DNA from: Puccinia triticina
Lineage: Eukaryota
Assembly: GCA_026914245.1 (NCBI GenBank)
Contig: CP110440.1
Location: 4,154,001-4,218,000 of the forward strand
Direction: 5' to 3'
Length of the DNA: 64,000 bases
The position numbers and the translations under genes were made by a program. Shown here piece by piece: positions 1 through 13,989 of the stretch; positions within the stretch are counted from its first letter, which is position 1; every line of letters starts with the position of its first letter. The notes beneath the pieces were generated by a model that saw nothing but the letters and a program-made list of their open reading frames with translations, made no database searches and was not told where the DNA came from.

Positions 1-539
1 ACACCAGCTCACCAAGGGTGTTCTTCCCAGTGAGCTGGTCAAAGCCCAGTCAGCCAAGAGGTGTGTATTCATCTAGGCAAGCTGGACTTGACCAGCTTGC
101 CAAGAGACATACCTCTTGGCAAGCTGGACTTTGGGGAATTGGTTTCCCCAGTACCGTACGCCAAGTATGTGAAAAAAAGGCACAAAGTACCGCCAGTACC
201 CGCCCCAAGTACCGCTGGTACACGCCAGGCGGTGCCGGGTGCAGTACTTGGTCCCTGCTTTGGGAAAAAAACGTACCCGGCACCCGGGTGCCAACCGTAC
301 CCAGGTCCAAATTGTTATTCTCTAGTCTACTCTGTGCCATGTGAATCCTAGCCATCCTACACCTCCAATCTGCCAAATTCCAGTTCCAACTGTCTGCTCT
401 GCTGTGTAGAGATTGACAAGTGGACCCAGGTACCCGCAGTGTTTTTTGTGATATTCAGACACCCGTGCCTGTACACAGCAACCGTGGTAATTTTTGCGGG
501 TACTGCGGGTACTTGTGATTTTTTTTATCCAAAGCCCCC

Positions 540-870
540 TCTCAATGATGGTAACAGACTGTTTCCCGGTCATTGAGAGGGTTGTTTCCTCCCGATGACC
601 AGGATTTGTATTCCTTCTCAATGACCGTGGTCTGTCCCAGTCTTCAAGAGGGTTGATTCCTCCTGATGACAAGGACCTTCCCCGGTCATTGAGAGGGTTG
701 TTTCCTCCCGATGAACAGGATCTGTATTCCTTCTTAATGACTGTGGTCTTTCCCGGTTGTTGAGAGGTTTGATTCCTCCCAATGACCAGGACCTGTCGTG
801 GTCATTGAGAGGGCTGATTCCCCTTGATGACCAGGATCTGTCCTGATCATCAAGAGGAATCAACCCCCTT
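540..870. repeat. Degenerate tandem array of GATGACC/GGTCATT-type units inside a DNA-transposon remnant
   Basis: Recurring 'ggtcattgagaggg...ttcctcccgatgacc' units, flanked by GGGTACCCG-rich sequence. The same motif family recurs at 15930-16330, 37135-38120 and 60240-60600. Confidence 0.6.
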
Positions 871-1660
871 GGTGGCCCACCACATGCTGGCAGGTACCCG
901 CGTGCGGGCCCCGGGTACCTGCCCACATGGCACAGGTCCACTTGGCAATCTCTACTTCTGTGTGATACAGCTCCCAGCCCCCAATCTGTGCTTCCCATGT
1001 TCACCCAAGTGTTCCCCCATTTCCAGTTCACTCTGCATGCTTTTTTAAGCAAATTTCAAGCTCCATGCTGCAATTTTTGCTTTAGTGCATGTGCATTCCC
1101 CAAATACTCAAGCACTGAAACCCGCAATGAGCTCAGCCATGTGTGAATTTATGTCTGCACTAACACTGTTAGACATCTTGCTAACATGTGCCCATATGAA
1201 CCACCACAGCATCCAAATGGGAACTTAGATATTTTGCAAAGGTTTGAAATTGCAAGAATATAACCTAGATGGGCAATATATATGCTTGTAAACAATAAGG
1301 GCTTATCATATATGGTTTGGAGATCAAAACCTGCAGGGGAGCAGATAGCATCATATGACACTAGATCGGGACCAGAAATAAAGAATTAAGAAAAAAAAAT
1401 CATCTTGGCTATTTGAAATTGAAATAAGCTATGGTCTTCACATTTCCCAGCTTTGAAGATTCTAGGTGTCCACTGATACAATAATAGAAAGGGAAGAATT
1501 GAAATTGAGAAAGAAATGAAGCTCCTCTGCCTTGACCAATGAAAAATGTGTGGCAGAATAAATCAATTCAAAATAGGGGAGGCAAGTAAAACAATCATAT
1601 GAAGGTTACTAGCAGTTGAGGACCCATGCTGTTTTCTTATTACTGCTTGGCATCCTTTTT

Positions 1661-3426
1661 TCATTTGGCTGTTACATAGATTACTATTAGAGTGAATGAC
1701 AAAACAAGGATAATTGGTTTTGTGTAAATCTAGTTAGCTACCGCAATTCATTAATTTTTTACAGGGATAAGGGTCTATGGAAAGTTTGGAGAGGACATAC
1801 TATCATCATAAATGGACCGCCGAGCTACAGGCGATGAAATTGGTTGATGATTGGCGGCAGTGGTAATTGTTGAAATCCTGCCCAATGCGGAAAACTTGTT
1901 AGACACATGAGGGAAAAATTCTTAAATTTTTAATGATTCCTACCAACCTATAAAATCCTGGTTCCAGTCCGTCCTGTTATGGAATCAATCAAATATTAGG
2001 TTACCACAGTTTAAGATTATCATTCTTCACCAGACTTTAAATCTTAGAGACTTCAGAACTCTTCAGAACACAGCAGATGGACAATATTGACCTTGACATC
2101 AACTATAACTTCCTCTTTTTTAGCAGGGCCATCAACACCTGTTTTAATTAAAGATGATTAATTTAATGCAACTGTCAAAAATAATTGGCATCATTCTGCT
2201 TACCTTTAAAGAATACTAATACAGTAGGATCAGGGACATCTGTTGAATCAAGGGAATTTATTGGTTGTATCACAACATGAGTGTGACCAAGAACACTCTT
2301 GGTCTCAGGGTCCAGCTGCACTGGTCCTTGCAGATACCTGAGAGATAACAAATAAATTAAATCACAATATGTTGTTGAATAAATGTTCATGTCTTTCAAA
2401 GTGTAAAAAAATAATTAAAATTTGACATACGTATTTTTTGGATTGGTGAATACCCCGAGGACAATGTTCCGAACTTTCAGAGTAATGGTGAAAGGTTTTT
2501 TGGCAGGAATTTCATCCAGGTTCTTGGGTTTAATGAATTTGCAAGAAGGCATGTGGTTCTGGTCTGGCACCTATGAAAATCCGTTTCAAGAAAGCACCAC
2601 ACCTCAATCAACTGTAGCTGCATAGAACTGAGTAATTTTCAAATAAAGATTTACCATTCCCATCACTATACCATTACAGCCTGGTTTTTTTTCTAGTTGT
2701 TTCCCATTCATTATCTCGGCGCCACCAACTTTTCCAAAGGATGTCAAACAAAAGTTAATCTGGACAAAGAGAATAAAGCAAGGATATTAGAAAAACAGTG
2801 CCCATCTTTGGTAAAAATCTCAAAAAAGAAAGTCTAACAAAATTGTTCGGGCTAGTCAATGAAGGCGATTGAGCTCCTGTTGGTTTCCCATCGGTGAAAG
2901 CCCCATTTTGGATTGCTCCTTGGACCAAGCACTGGTTTTTATCTGCGTTGTTACCTCCACCGCCTCCTCCCCTTTGACCACCACCATCACCACCTTTGTC
3001 TCCGCCTTTCGGGGATCTTTTGCGCAACCTGCGGTTCTCTAACTGAATGCGCCGAGTTTTTTGAAGCATGCGTGTGTATAAATCTATGGGAGCAGAATCA
3101 TCCTCTTCGGAGGCGAGGTGGTTGCGATTTGTAGATGTAGTACTAGTTCCGGCCTCGTCTTGTCCGAGGTCGATTGTCTCTATCAGTGAAGTCGTTCTCA
3201 GGTTTTGGTTTTGGAAGGATTGAGATGGCGAAGAAGTCTGCCTAGAATCTACGCTCATTGCCATCAATCAGACCCATCGCTCGATTTTCTGTTAATGGTG
3301 GATGTGGGACGTACTTTCTGTGAGGGGCCTGCCCGGTGTCGAAGAAGTTGAGAATGAAAGGGATTCGGATTTCAACGAAGTTACGAATGAAAAGATTACC
3401 AGAAGGAATATGTCTGGGAGAAACAT
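1661..3426 (-). CDS. Secreted fungal protein, 9 exons; conserved uncharacterised family often mis-annotated as 'ribosomal protein s17'
   Basis: ATG at 3426 gives signal peptide MFLPDIFLLVIFSFVTSLKS. GT-AG splicing stays in frame through a dibasic RRLRKR site and a Gly-rich linker. It then reads SLTSPNNF-INFC...MPSCKF..PKNLD..LGHTHVVIQ..FFKG..YRISTITTAANHQP..DDIIYVTAK*, with the stop at 1661-1663. Confidence 0.85.
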
Positions 3427-4070
3427 GGCTTTCTAGTGGAGCCTGCGGGTTCTGGAATAACACGACTAGGGAGAGGGGGGGGGGGGATTAGAGTACGTCG
3501 AGTACGAAGATGTTGTGGTTGAATGAGCCGAAGTTCTTAGAGAGTGAGGAAAGAGGAGCACAAGCGGAATCAGAATTATATTTTGTGTCTCCAGGATTCA
3601 CTGAATCAGGTGGTGAGCTCTTCAAGTAGCCTTGACTCCAGTTCATCTGTCGTAAGGTGAACCCAGCAGCCGGGTACTTAACGATGAATTGATTCGTCGG
3701 GTCCTGTCGAGAAATTATAAAGTCTTGAGCTTATGGTAACGGATTTGAATGTTGCTATTGTCATACCAACCCTTTCAATTTTTCGTCTTGATGTTGGGTA
3801 GCTGCCCTAATTACTTAATCACAAGCTGCATTTTGCTCTGCTAGTCGATATTGCCTTAGCTGAGCATACACCCTAACTTCACACAAGTTCCGTGTGGCTA
3901 TTAGTATTGGGCTGATGGCTCGCCGGAGGGAATAAGTCTGAGCTGGGAGCGGGTCTCTTTCAGTAGGTTAATCACACTTTTATTTTGTCCTTCCAACATG
4001 GCAATTTTTTGTTAAGCTTTGATCCCAGTGTCTCATGCGCCTGCATCTCCACTTCATCTCTTGTCCATTT

Positions 4071-4830
4071 TGTAACCACCCATCCCATCATTTTTGAATA
4101 ATTTTTGGATTAAGTGTGCCCTTCTCACCCCCCACCTCCTGTTTTTTCTTACAAAGAGTACTGAAAGAGATTGGGGCACATCACCCCACCAAGCCATTGG
4201 AATGTGTCTTCAAGAGACTTGCGCACCAACCATGCCAAATTTATCACTCTGGGAGATACAACAGATACACTTGCAACGGCATTCATATGAAACACCAGGT
4301 GAACAGCTGTGAGCGATCGAGGAGAAGAGACTCCGAAGGAAGCGAACAAGATGAGAAAACGACTTGTACCTATGAAACACCAGGTGAACAGCTGTGAGCG
4401 ATTGAGGAGAAGAGACTCCGAAGGAAGCCAACAAGATGAGAAAACGACTTGTACCTAATCGGTACAAGGTGAGTGACACGGTGAGATGAGTGTGTATTCC
4501 TTTATCAAGAATAAGATAAAGAAATATAAAAGGGACTAAACCTATGAAACACCAGGTGAACAGCTGTGAGCGATCGAGGAGAAGAGACTCCGAAGGAAGC
4601 AAACAAGATGAGAAAACGACTTGTACCTAATCGGTACAAGGTGAGTGACACGGTGAGATGAGTGTGTGGGGAAGAAGGAAAAGTAGAAGCGGAACTGGAA
4701 GCGTGAACGTGATACATGAGAGTAATGAAACTTAATGTATGAGAGACAAGCTTTGAAGATCCGCGCTGGTTAATCCCGAAACCTAATCACACCATCTGTA
4801 CACGTGTGACATCCATTCTTTATTGTTACA
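4071..4830. mobile_element. Probable solo LTR with internal tandem repeats
   Basis: Termini TGTAAC...GTTACA, with flanks ATTT/ATTC (near 4-bp TSD). Contains three copies of 'tatgaaacaccaggtgaacagctgtgagcgat(c/t)gaggagaagagactccgaaggaagc'. Confidence 0.55.
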
Positions 4831-5076
4831 ATTCACAGTTGTCCGTTTGCTCCAGGACCGCAAACATAGCTCCCGCAATGGCACAGCACACGCCGTCTAT
4901 AAGTTAATAACACACCACCACACACTGCCTAGGCTACGAAAGGATGCGACTCATAAGTGTCGCGGCTGGAAACGCTAATTCAGTGACATAGACCTCTATG
5001 TAATTCCGGCACCACTCGCTACCGTCGCAATGGGTTAGTAAATGAAGTATTTGCCACGTATTCATCAATGTATCCA

Positions 5077-5292
5077 CACTGCCAGCATAATTGGCTGGGT
5101 TGAGGTTATCCCAGTTAAACTGGGATGAACTCAACCAATTTAAACTTGGTTGATCTCAACTCATGAAATATAAATCCAAGGTGCCCCCCTTGGGTTTATA
5201 TTTCATTGGATGAAATCAACCCATTTTAAATTGGTTGAGTGCATCCCAGTTAAACTGGGATGAATTCAACCCAGCCAAATATGCTGGCAGTG
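5077..5292. mobile_element. CACTA/EnSpm-type (CACTG) hairpin MITE
   Basis: CACTGCCAGCATA...TATGCTGGCAGTG; the whole element is a near-palindrome; 3-bp TSD CCA on both sides. Confidence 0.85.
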
Positions 5293-5359
5293 CCAAGCTA
5301 GCAGGTAGTCATGTTGAGCAATTATTATCAATGTACACAAAATCCGCATCCGGCGGGGC

Positions 5360-7378
5360 TGTGACCCGCTCAGAGGACCTGCGGTCTTGCTACGGGCACT
5401 TCGGACCGGTTAAACTTACAGGCTCGAGGTCCTCCAATACATACGATACACCACGGGGTGCATTCCTGGAAATGCCCTGCATCCCGCAGACGTTTCTGAC
5501 TGAGGAGTGTCCAGAGGATGCAGAGGATGTCCGGGGGGCATCCAGCGGACACAAGGTGCGCTGAGCATCACTTGGACGTTTCCGGTGTGGTAGACGGAAA
5601 AGTGGAAAAATAAAAAGTTTTTTCTAAGTCACATAATTACTCATACTAGGCCTCAAGATAACATCAAATGGACCCCAGAAATGGATTTTACGGCCAATTT
5701 TACCCCTAGTCACCACTGGAAGCGTCACTGGAGCCCCTCTGGTTTGGAACCTACACTTCCTTGGACATGGGACATCCATCACACGTTCAACATACCCAGT
5801 CACCAGCCTGTCACAAGCCTCAAGTCAAGGATCACAGTATTATGCTTATACACATCACAGGATACAAGCATACATCTCCCCATCAGACTATAGTCATCAC
5901 ATAGTATCAAGTACTCTTCTATTTCCATATTATGATGTCATCATGCACTGATTCTGCAGCCTCAGACTTCATTTATGCACCCCCTGCATCCACCTGTCAA
6001 CTCATGCAGCCTACTGTCACTTTACGCAGCCTTCATGTGGCCCTACTGCATTCTTATGACATCATTTATGTACCCCTGACACAGTATGATATCATTTGTA
6101 TCTATTCTCACCAGCTAAAATCCCTCACCCTGTTGTCCAGATGGGCTGAAACCCTAACCCACAAGCCCTCTGGGGCTCCAATTCTGTCTATATAAGGAGC
6201 TCTCTCCTCCCCAGTTGTCAGCTCCTCAGCTCAGTACTCACCAGTTATTTACATACCACCCTTCACACTTACCATCACCACCACACATCACTACATCCCG
6301 TATATTTGCAAATAACTACTGAACTCACTCTCAAAAATCTCACATACCTGTCATCGAACAACTTCATCTGGAATTAGACCAGACCTTTCACTTGATTAAA
6401 ACCTGCCAAGCATAGCTTGGTGGGTCTTGTTGACTGATAGCATAGAAGGGCAAAGTTTGCACCTCCATCATCCCCTTCTCCATTCAGCAAAAGGGTTTCA
6501 CAACCAATTTTGAGTCTTACAAGGGAGTCCCCCATGTGATAGGATAATCTTGTTTGATCGACAACGTATAACCAATTTCAATCAAAATACCAAAACCTTG
6601 TCAACGGATCTTGACTTTGTGCGGCTAAAGGAATCAAATTCATCACCAAATCTATCAAACTCAACGGCATATTCAGTTATTCTGTTGGACAACTAGTGAA
6701 ATTTTAGGAACCATCCAAAGGACCAATTACAAACCTCAGAGAAGAACACATAACTACCGGACCTGAAAGGAGTTTTTTCAAAGGAAGCGGCTGATTATAT
6801 ACTGGAAGACGGTGTGTCGTACCAAAGGATCCGGATAATTAGATACCGTTAGAAGAAAGACTCTGGAACCCACTCGAAGGAAGCAGCCAATTATATACTG
6901 AAAGACGGTGTGTTGTACCTAAGGATTTGGATAATTAGAATACTGTTTGAAGAACACTCCCAGAACGGTAAAGTTATTTATATCAATTATCAAAAGAAAA
7001 CCCCCAATTTGCCCTGGTAAAGAGACCAGAGACCAGATATTATTGTTTCTTTTTCAGAGCATAGTAACAGTTAGCAGCGGATCATCATAATATGAAACTA
7101 CGAGATCAACAACAATTAACATGAATATAGCGTTTGGCGTACCAGATTTTGAGGATACAATTAATTCAAGAACCACTTCAAGGACAAGACCATTTACGAG
7201 AACTCCGGGTATAATTAGGAATACAACAAATACAATGCCAACTCAAACAAGGAAAGAAAGCAAAACAAGATCAGATAATCAATTCAGATATCCAACTGAA
7301 GAGGACTTACCCGCCTTAGATGAAACTCAACCAAAACAAAGCAGACTCGACCAAATCCTCAGAATATCCAAGTTCTAG
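5360..7378 (+). mobile_element. Long LTR (5360-7069) plus truncated gag start of an LTR retrotransposon
   Basis: TGTGAC...GTAACA termini, TATA (ctatataag) at about 6188, a PBS-like segment after 7069, and a short MPTQTRKE ORF. 5581-5710 resembles the inverted end of the solo LTR at 35532-36844. Confidence 0.55.
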
Positions 7379-8097
7379 TTGACATGGTTTGGTTGAGATC
7401 CTGTTGATGAGGCTGGGACCACAGTGGTCTGATACAGCTTTGGGATTGTGCTTGCTGTATCAGAAGAGTTCTTCTTTTTTATCAGCTGCACACCCTTTGG
7501 CTATTGACAAACCCAAAGCTCACTGCTTACCTTTTTGGTGCGCTGTTTTGCTTGGGTCACTTAGGCTCTTTGTTGGTTATAGACGTGGCTGCTAGGAGAG
7601 GAACAAAGTTTCAGCTTCCGCTTACTCCTAATGTCTGGGAGCCACATGCATATGCATGGACCTGATGGGGATAGCGCGGACTCGCCGTTCCCCCTTGTGG
7701 GGTTAGGGTTACGCTCCTTGCGCTTCCTGTGCTCTGGGGCTAACCCCAAGTCTTGACAATAGTTGCCCGTCCAGCCGAAAGAACAACTCTGCTACTTGCC
7801 CAATACCACAGTGTCCTGGCCCTCAACAGTCCTTCCCTCCCTGCTCATTAACATACAAATTTGATCAAATCCCCTACATCAAACCAATCCAGCCTGAATC
7901 AAGGACCAATAATCCCACTTGATTGCCCCACATTTCCAACAGCAAATCCAACATCTCAAATCCAAACCCCAAAACCATTGAGACAAGACAGATCAATCCA
8001 GATCTATTTGCTGAAGATGAAGAACAATTTGCGGAATACGTTTTTGAAGGCAAAGACCTCTCAGCTGAACCCAGCGGACATCAATTTAACCTTTGTG

Positions 8098-11000
8098 AAA
8101 TGACACTACAACGTGAGGGTCAGGAAGTCCTCTGGGACTCAGGAGCTTCAGACAATGTTACAGGTGATAGGTACGCCTTACATGAATTCACTGCACTTGA
8201 TTGACCCATAGCTGTCAAGGTGGCGACTGACTCCAGTTGTGATTACATCACAGGCATGGGTACCTTGCGATTTGTTGGGATTAACGGGGTGATCATTGTA
8301 GTTAAACAATTTTACTACTGTGAGTGTGCCTGCTCCACTCTTCTGTCTATTGCGGCATTCAAGAAATCTAATGCCCATTTTGTGGTGAACAGAAATTTTG
8401 ACTCCATTGATCTGGTGACGGAAAGCGGCTGTGTCCTCTTACACAGTGAATTCAACCCTCTGAACAACACTTGGCCCCTACCGCTTCCCATTCAAGCTGT
8501 TGTTTCCCCTTCCTCAACTCCAATTGCTCCACCAGCTTGTAATGACGTGTTTCAGCCAGTTCTTGCAAATACAATCTTCAAATCTCCCAACCTTGTTGAG
8601 CACAGTCATTTCACATGGAATCCTGAAAAACTGACTAAAGATGAGAAAACATTGCTTTTCTGGCACAGACTTTTTGGACATGCAAGTTTGAGAAAGATCA
8701 GAAGACTAGTGAAACTCCAACTGGGCTATGGCCTCCCGACCACAATGCCAAAAGGATCCATCAAATGTCCTGTTTGTTCCATCTGCAAGGCAACACAGAC
8801 TTCTGCTATGGGAACCACGAAATGGTGTGTTGAGAAACTTTCCGTGGTGTGTGTTGATCTCATGGGTCCCTTCAAAACACCTACTATGACTGGGGGACAA
8901 TACGCACTCACAATGCGTGACGTGTTCACCTCATACAGTGAAGTCTGCATTCTCAAAGCTAAGAGTGGGGCTGCCAAAATGCTTATGCAGACTGTATCTT
9001 GGTGGGAAACCCAGGTTAGATCTAAGGTGAAGATACTACGCTCAGACAATGGCAGCAAATTTGATTCCAAAGTCCTTGGTAAGTACCTCACCAACAAGAG
9101 CATTGTAGCAGAGAGCTCCTTACCTTATCCCCACTTCCAGAATGGCGCGGCCAAAAGGTACAATTGGGCTGTTTTGGACATGGGCCGGAGCATCTTGTAC
9201 AACAGCGAGTTACAAGGAATTTTGGGGATACACCTTCCAATGGGCTGCTGGACCCTCAACCGGATTCCAAACCGCATCACTGGAGATAAGACACCATACA
9301 AGTTTTTCTTTGGCGATAAACCTCAGCTGGATCGTAGACGTGTGTTTGGTTCTCAGGCTTATATTCTGGTTGCTCCGGAAAAACAAAAGAAACTTGACAA
9401 CAGGGCAGTCAAAGGTCTAGTTGTTGGTCACCTTCCAGAGTCAAAGGGTTGGATGTTTTGGTTGCCAAAGAACAAGAAGCTAGTATCATCAGCGTGGGCC
9501 AATTTTGGGAGGAACACGCTCCCACCGGCAGACAAGAACGACCTCAATGCAGCAGTAAACAAACCTGCGGAATCATCACCTCCTCAAGAATCAATTCCGA
9601 ACGCAAAGCAATTGATTCTCAATGACTTCAGCCAAGAAAAACTGGTTGACCTGCAGGAAGAACTAGTTGGCCAATGCCAACAGGATTGCACTGATGTCAG
9701 CCTTAGAGTCAACTCAGCTGACCTAAAGTCTGCCTTTTTCTACTTTTTACATATGAATTACTTCATATCTTTTTCATCTTATGAAATAACCTTGTTTTGA
9801 CTTCATATTCTGTTTCCTCATGCAATTTTAACCCTAGTTACAACTTACCAATTCTTGGTAACTACATTCCTTCCCTGAGTTATTGAGTTGTGGTGCGCAT
9901 GCGCAGTTGTGACGTGTCAGCGCTACCAGGCGCGCCAAACCACATGTACATATGTAAATTACATAAGAAAACTGTGAAAATTTTCGTAGTCTGGATCTCC
10001 CTTTCCTGAGGCGGATACACAGACTTCAGCACACCAGAACCACGCCCCAGATAACCCCAGGATCACCACCAAAGAGTTTACAACACTCCCAGTATACCTA
10101 CCGTCACAGGTACCTAGGATATTGACAGTAAGTAACCTCTTTCACTGAACCTTGTTTATCTCAGAGGTACAACTCTGTGTCTTGCTTGATCTGCTCTTTT
10201 CTGCTGGCCTTTGCCTCTTCTTGATCACAGGGCTGTCCCTCCATATCTGCTGGCCTTTGCCTCTTCTTGATCACAGGGCTGTCCCTTCATATCTGCATTA
10301 TTTTTCTGTGGTTTTTTCAAGAAAAAAACCACATAGGTTTCCCTTTAAAGAACCTTGACTATCCAGAAGGAAGCTAAAAAATTGTGGCTGGATTAAACTT
10401 ATCTAATCCAGGATCCCTCCACGTTTCTTTGGTGAGAGGAGGCTGTAGCACTCTCTAGCACAGCTTGGCAGCACTCTTCTGAAGATTTAGCATTGCCAGT
10501 GGAAGTGCATTCCCACCATAATAACCTTGACTTCTGCTTATCTTGATCCTGCTCAGTTTCTCTCTTTTTTTCTCTCTCTCTTTATATTTGTATTTTCTTT
10601 ATCCAAAGAAATCCAAATATTACCCCCCTTTTTCTTGTGTCCTGCTGTCACTATAGAGACTCAGGCTCACAGCTGATGACTTGGAGGCGGTGCCGTCCAC
10701 TTTCAAGGCAGCCATGCGATCCCCTGAAGCAGAACATTGGAAAGCTTCTGTGAACACCGAGCTTGACAATCTGAAGCAAAAGCAAGTATGGACTGTGCGG
10801 AAACTGCCGACTAATTGTAGGAGGTTAGGAGCGAAGTGGGTTTTTGCAAAGAAGAAGAACCCTGATGGATTGGTGAAATACAAAGCAAGATATGTTGCAA
10901 AAGGGTTTAACCAGAAAGAAGGGACCAAATTTGCACACACTTTTGCTCCAACGGCCACTTTCACATCTATGCGGATCCTATTGTTGATTGCGGCTAAGAA

Positions 11001-12170
11001 TGACTGGCCAATTTACAATTTCAATTTTTTGGCTGCATACCTGAATGCACCTATTGATGAAGAAGTCTGGGTGCAAGCCCCAGAAAGTTTAGATGTGAAC
11101 TTTGATGAAGCTTGTCTCCTACAGCGGGTGCTCTACGGCACAAAGCAAGCGGCACGTTGTTGGTGGAAACACCTCAGTAGTATGCTGGCAGATCTTGGCT
11201 ACACCTCAAGCTACTACGACTCTAGCGTCTATACCCTTAGTCTTAGAGAATACCGGTCCTTTATTTGGGTGCATGTGGAAAATGGAATTGTCACTGGGTC
11301 CTCAGATGCGGCCCTGAAATTATTAGAAACACAGTTGAAGGGGTGCCTGGAAATTAAATGGAAAAAGGGGCTAACAAGCATGGTGGGTATGAAGATTACC
11401 AGGAACAAGGACAGTTTTGAACTCACACAACCTCTTCTCATCGAGAAGATCCTCAAGGAGCACTGGGAATGGATGGTGTGACTTGTCATCCAACACCTTT
11501 ACCTGAAGGCTACACCGCCAATACGGAACCCAATGCACCAGGTATCAACAGATCAGATTTCTTATCAACAATTGGGGGCCTGAGTTATGTTGCGGTAGGA
11601 ACACAAACGGACATTGCATACAGCGTGAATTATCTAGCGCCCTTCTCCAGCAAACCGTCAAATCTACACTGGAAAGGCCTACAACACTTGCTCGGATACC
11701 TGGAGGAAACCAAGATCACTCCGCTTAGAATACATCCATGCAAGTCAACCAACACACCTGTCGAATGTTTCTTTGACACAAATTGGGGGGGACCTAACTC
11801 AAGGTCCACTTATGGAGTTATGGTCCGGCCATATGGAGCACCCGTGATGTGGGTTTCACGGAGGTTAGTCACAGTAGCCAGCTCAACCTGTCAAGCTGAG
11901 TACATGGCACTCAGTCATGCAACACGGCATTCACTTTGGATAAGGAATCTATTGTATGATATAAATGGCACGAATTTCCCGGTGACAATATTCTGTGATA
12001 ATCAATCAGCAGTAAATATTGGTTCTGAAGACACATCAAACAAGCGGACTCATCACATTGAACGGGAATTTTACATCACCAATCAAGCAATGTAAGAGAA
12101 GAAAACCAACATCAGGTGGATCCCGGGGATGGACCAGATTGCGGATGTTCTCACCAAGGCTCTAGGGAAA
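8098..12170 (+). pseudogene. Copia pol (PR-IN-RT-RNase H), inactivated
   Basis: Stops at 8202-8204 and 12093-12095, frameshifts near 9200 and 11470, RT catalytic motif eroded to HVENG, and an insertion at 9695-10671. Confidence 0.9.
9695..10671. mobile_element. Solo LTR inserted into Copia pol
   Basis: Ends TGTCAGCCT...AGGCTCACA, with flanks ACTGA/GCTGA. Excision rejoins the pol frame as QDCTD-DLEAVPSTFKAAM. Confidence 0.8.
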
Positions 12171-13989
12171 ACGGCTCATTCAAAATGCAGTACAATTATT
12201 CAGGGTTTTCTTCAATAATGTATGTTATACTATTGGTTCTATATATATATATATATTTTCTTGCTCTATATCTCATATTCACAGGTTTCTTGTTGAGGGG
12301 GGGGGGATGTTGTGACACTGTCTTAGATCTTGACTGCAACACCTGTCACAGGCTTTGTACATAGATTATATAGTTCTCTCGTATCACTTCTGAATATTAT
12401 TCATTAGTTTCTCCGAGCTCACTCTCCAACATTTACACTTAGACCCTTGAGATGCCTGGCTATCTCCTGCCACCTTTGTGTGCATTTTTCTTCTTCCCAA
12501 ACCCAAGATATGAGGCGTGTAGTAAAAAAACTTCATGCTGGCAAAAACAGTCAAGGTATAACTGTTTTTCAAATGAGCTCCCTTGGAACCTTGAGTGAAC
12601 AGGCCCAAATGCATTTTCTCACGTAGTTGGTTGGCAAGGCTGGACATCAGTCCTGGATACTGTCTGGTTTTAAACTCGCGCATTGATGGTTTAGGTTATG
12701 CATGTGGTGATGCATAAATTCGGGGTGCATGCAATGCTCAGGCTTTGTCAATTGACTCGGACTTTGGACTTGGTTTCTTCTGGCCAACCATCACTTTTCG
12801 CCGATAAACTTCTCTCCCCTTTTTCTTTCTTTCTTCTCAAATCAAATCTCTACAATCAACAAACTCAAAGGTTATTCTTCTTTGTAACCTAATCAACCAA
12901 ATCAAACGTACAATCTCAACCATTGTTGATCTCTGACATCTAGGAGGAGCTAGATTCAGCTTCTGGGAAGGTAGTCTATTTAGTGACCTCATCCATCCTT
13001 AACATCATATATTAAAATATTGAAATCGTTACATTGTTTTGCTAGGCTGTTTTGTCGTGATAATCCTTGTGTCTTACATCTTCGTCGTTGCTATTGTATC
13101 AAGATTTTTCTTTTTGCGTTGATTCATATCTTTGAGGTATTTTTTCATTATTGTTATCTATCCTTCTACAAAACCGGTTCTAACAACTTTTTTTCTTTAT
13201 TCAAAAAGTGTATTACTTTTATTGAGTTCTTAAATTATAACTGTTTCAAAAAGTAATCTATCTACCATTTTTACAGATACCTGTCATTTTTTTCTCTTGA
13301 GGAAAGTATATGGATTTACACTAAAATGATGTTTTACAGACCTCAGGCTTGGCTTTTGCAACCCACCAACTTCAATGTGTTATTATGAGCAAGGAATGAT
13401 GAAATTTGATAATCTTAGAGCATCAAAAATTAGCCAAGATGCAGGGCTTTCTTAATATCCAAAAATATTGGTGAAATCTTTGGTGGTAAGGGAGCTAATG
13501 CAACATTTGTTGAAAATGGTGTTTTTGGCCATTCCTCTCAGGCCTAAATTACCGATGCCGCATAAGTCCCTCCGGTGGAGGCGCACCCTCGGACTTAGCT
13601 AAGTTTGACGCCGGGCCCTCTCCGGTCGCGCCTGCTGGACCAAGAGGATGCCGATCAACACAGCGGCTGCTCAACAAACGTCCTTGGCCGGGCCCGTTCA
13701 GCTCATGGTGTGTACCCTCCGTAATGTGAACTCAATAATAAGTCCGTCGAGATTTTGGGCTGAACTCGTGAATTGTGGCAAGGGATGAAAGCCTTTTGAG
13801 TTTTCCAGCCATAAAAATCCTTGAAAATCTACGTAGAATCTAGGCTCCCCAGAGGGGGCAAAAGGCTGGCGGAAGTGCCTCCCGCCGGAGGGCTCGCCAC
13901 GCTTTTACAGTTGCGCAAGGCATCCTACCGTACAAGAAATACCCCCGGGGGACCCCTGTCCGGAATTCCAGGGTCTGAGTTTTTAATTT

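Larger units (their letters stand above)
7380..13004 (+). mobile_element. Degenerate Ty1/Copia retrotransposon lacking its 5' LTR, interrupted by a solo LTR
   Basis: Domain order is protease (LWDSGAS), integrase (WHRLFGH, CPVC, DLMGP, RSDNG), RT (YKARYVAKGFNQ), RNase H (STCQAEY, KRTHHIE). A polypurine tract at about 12295-12307 precedes a 3' LTR TGTT...AACA (12308-13004). Confidence 0.9.
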
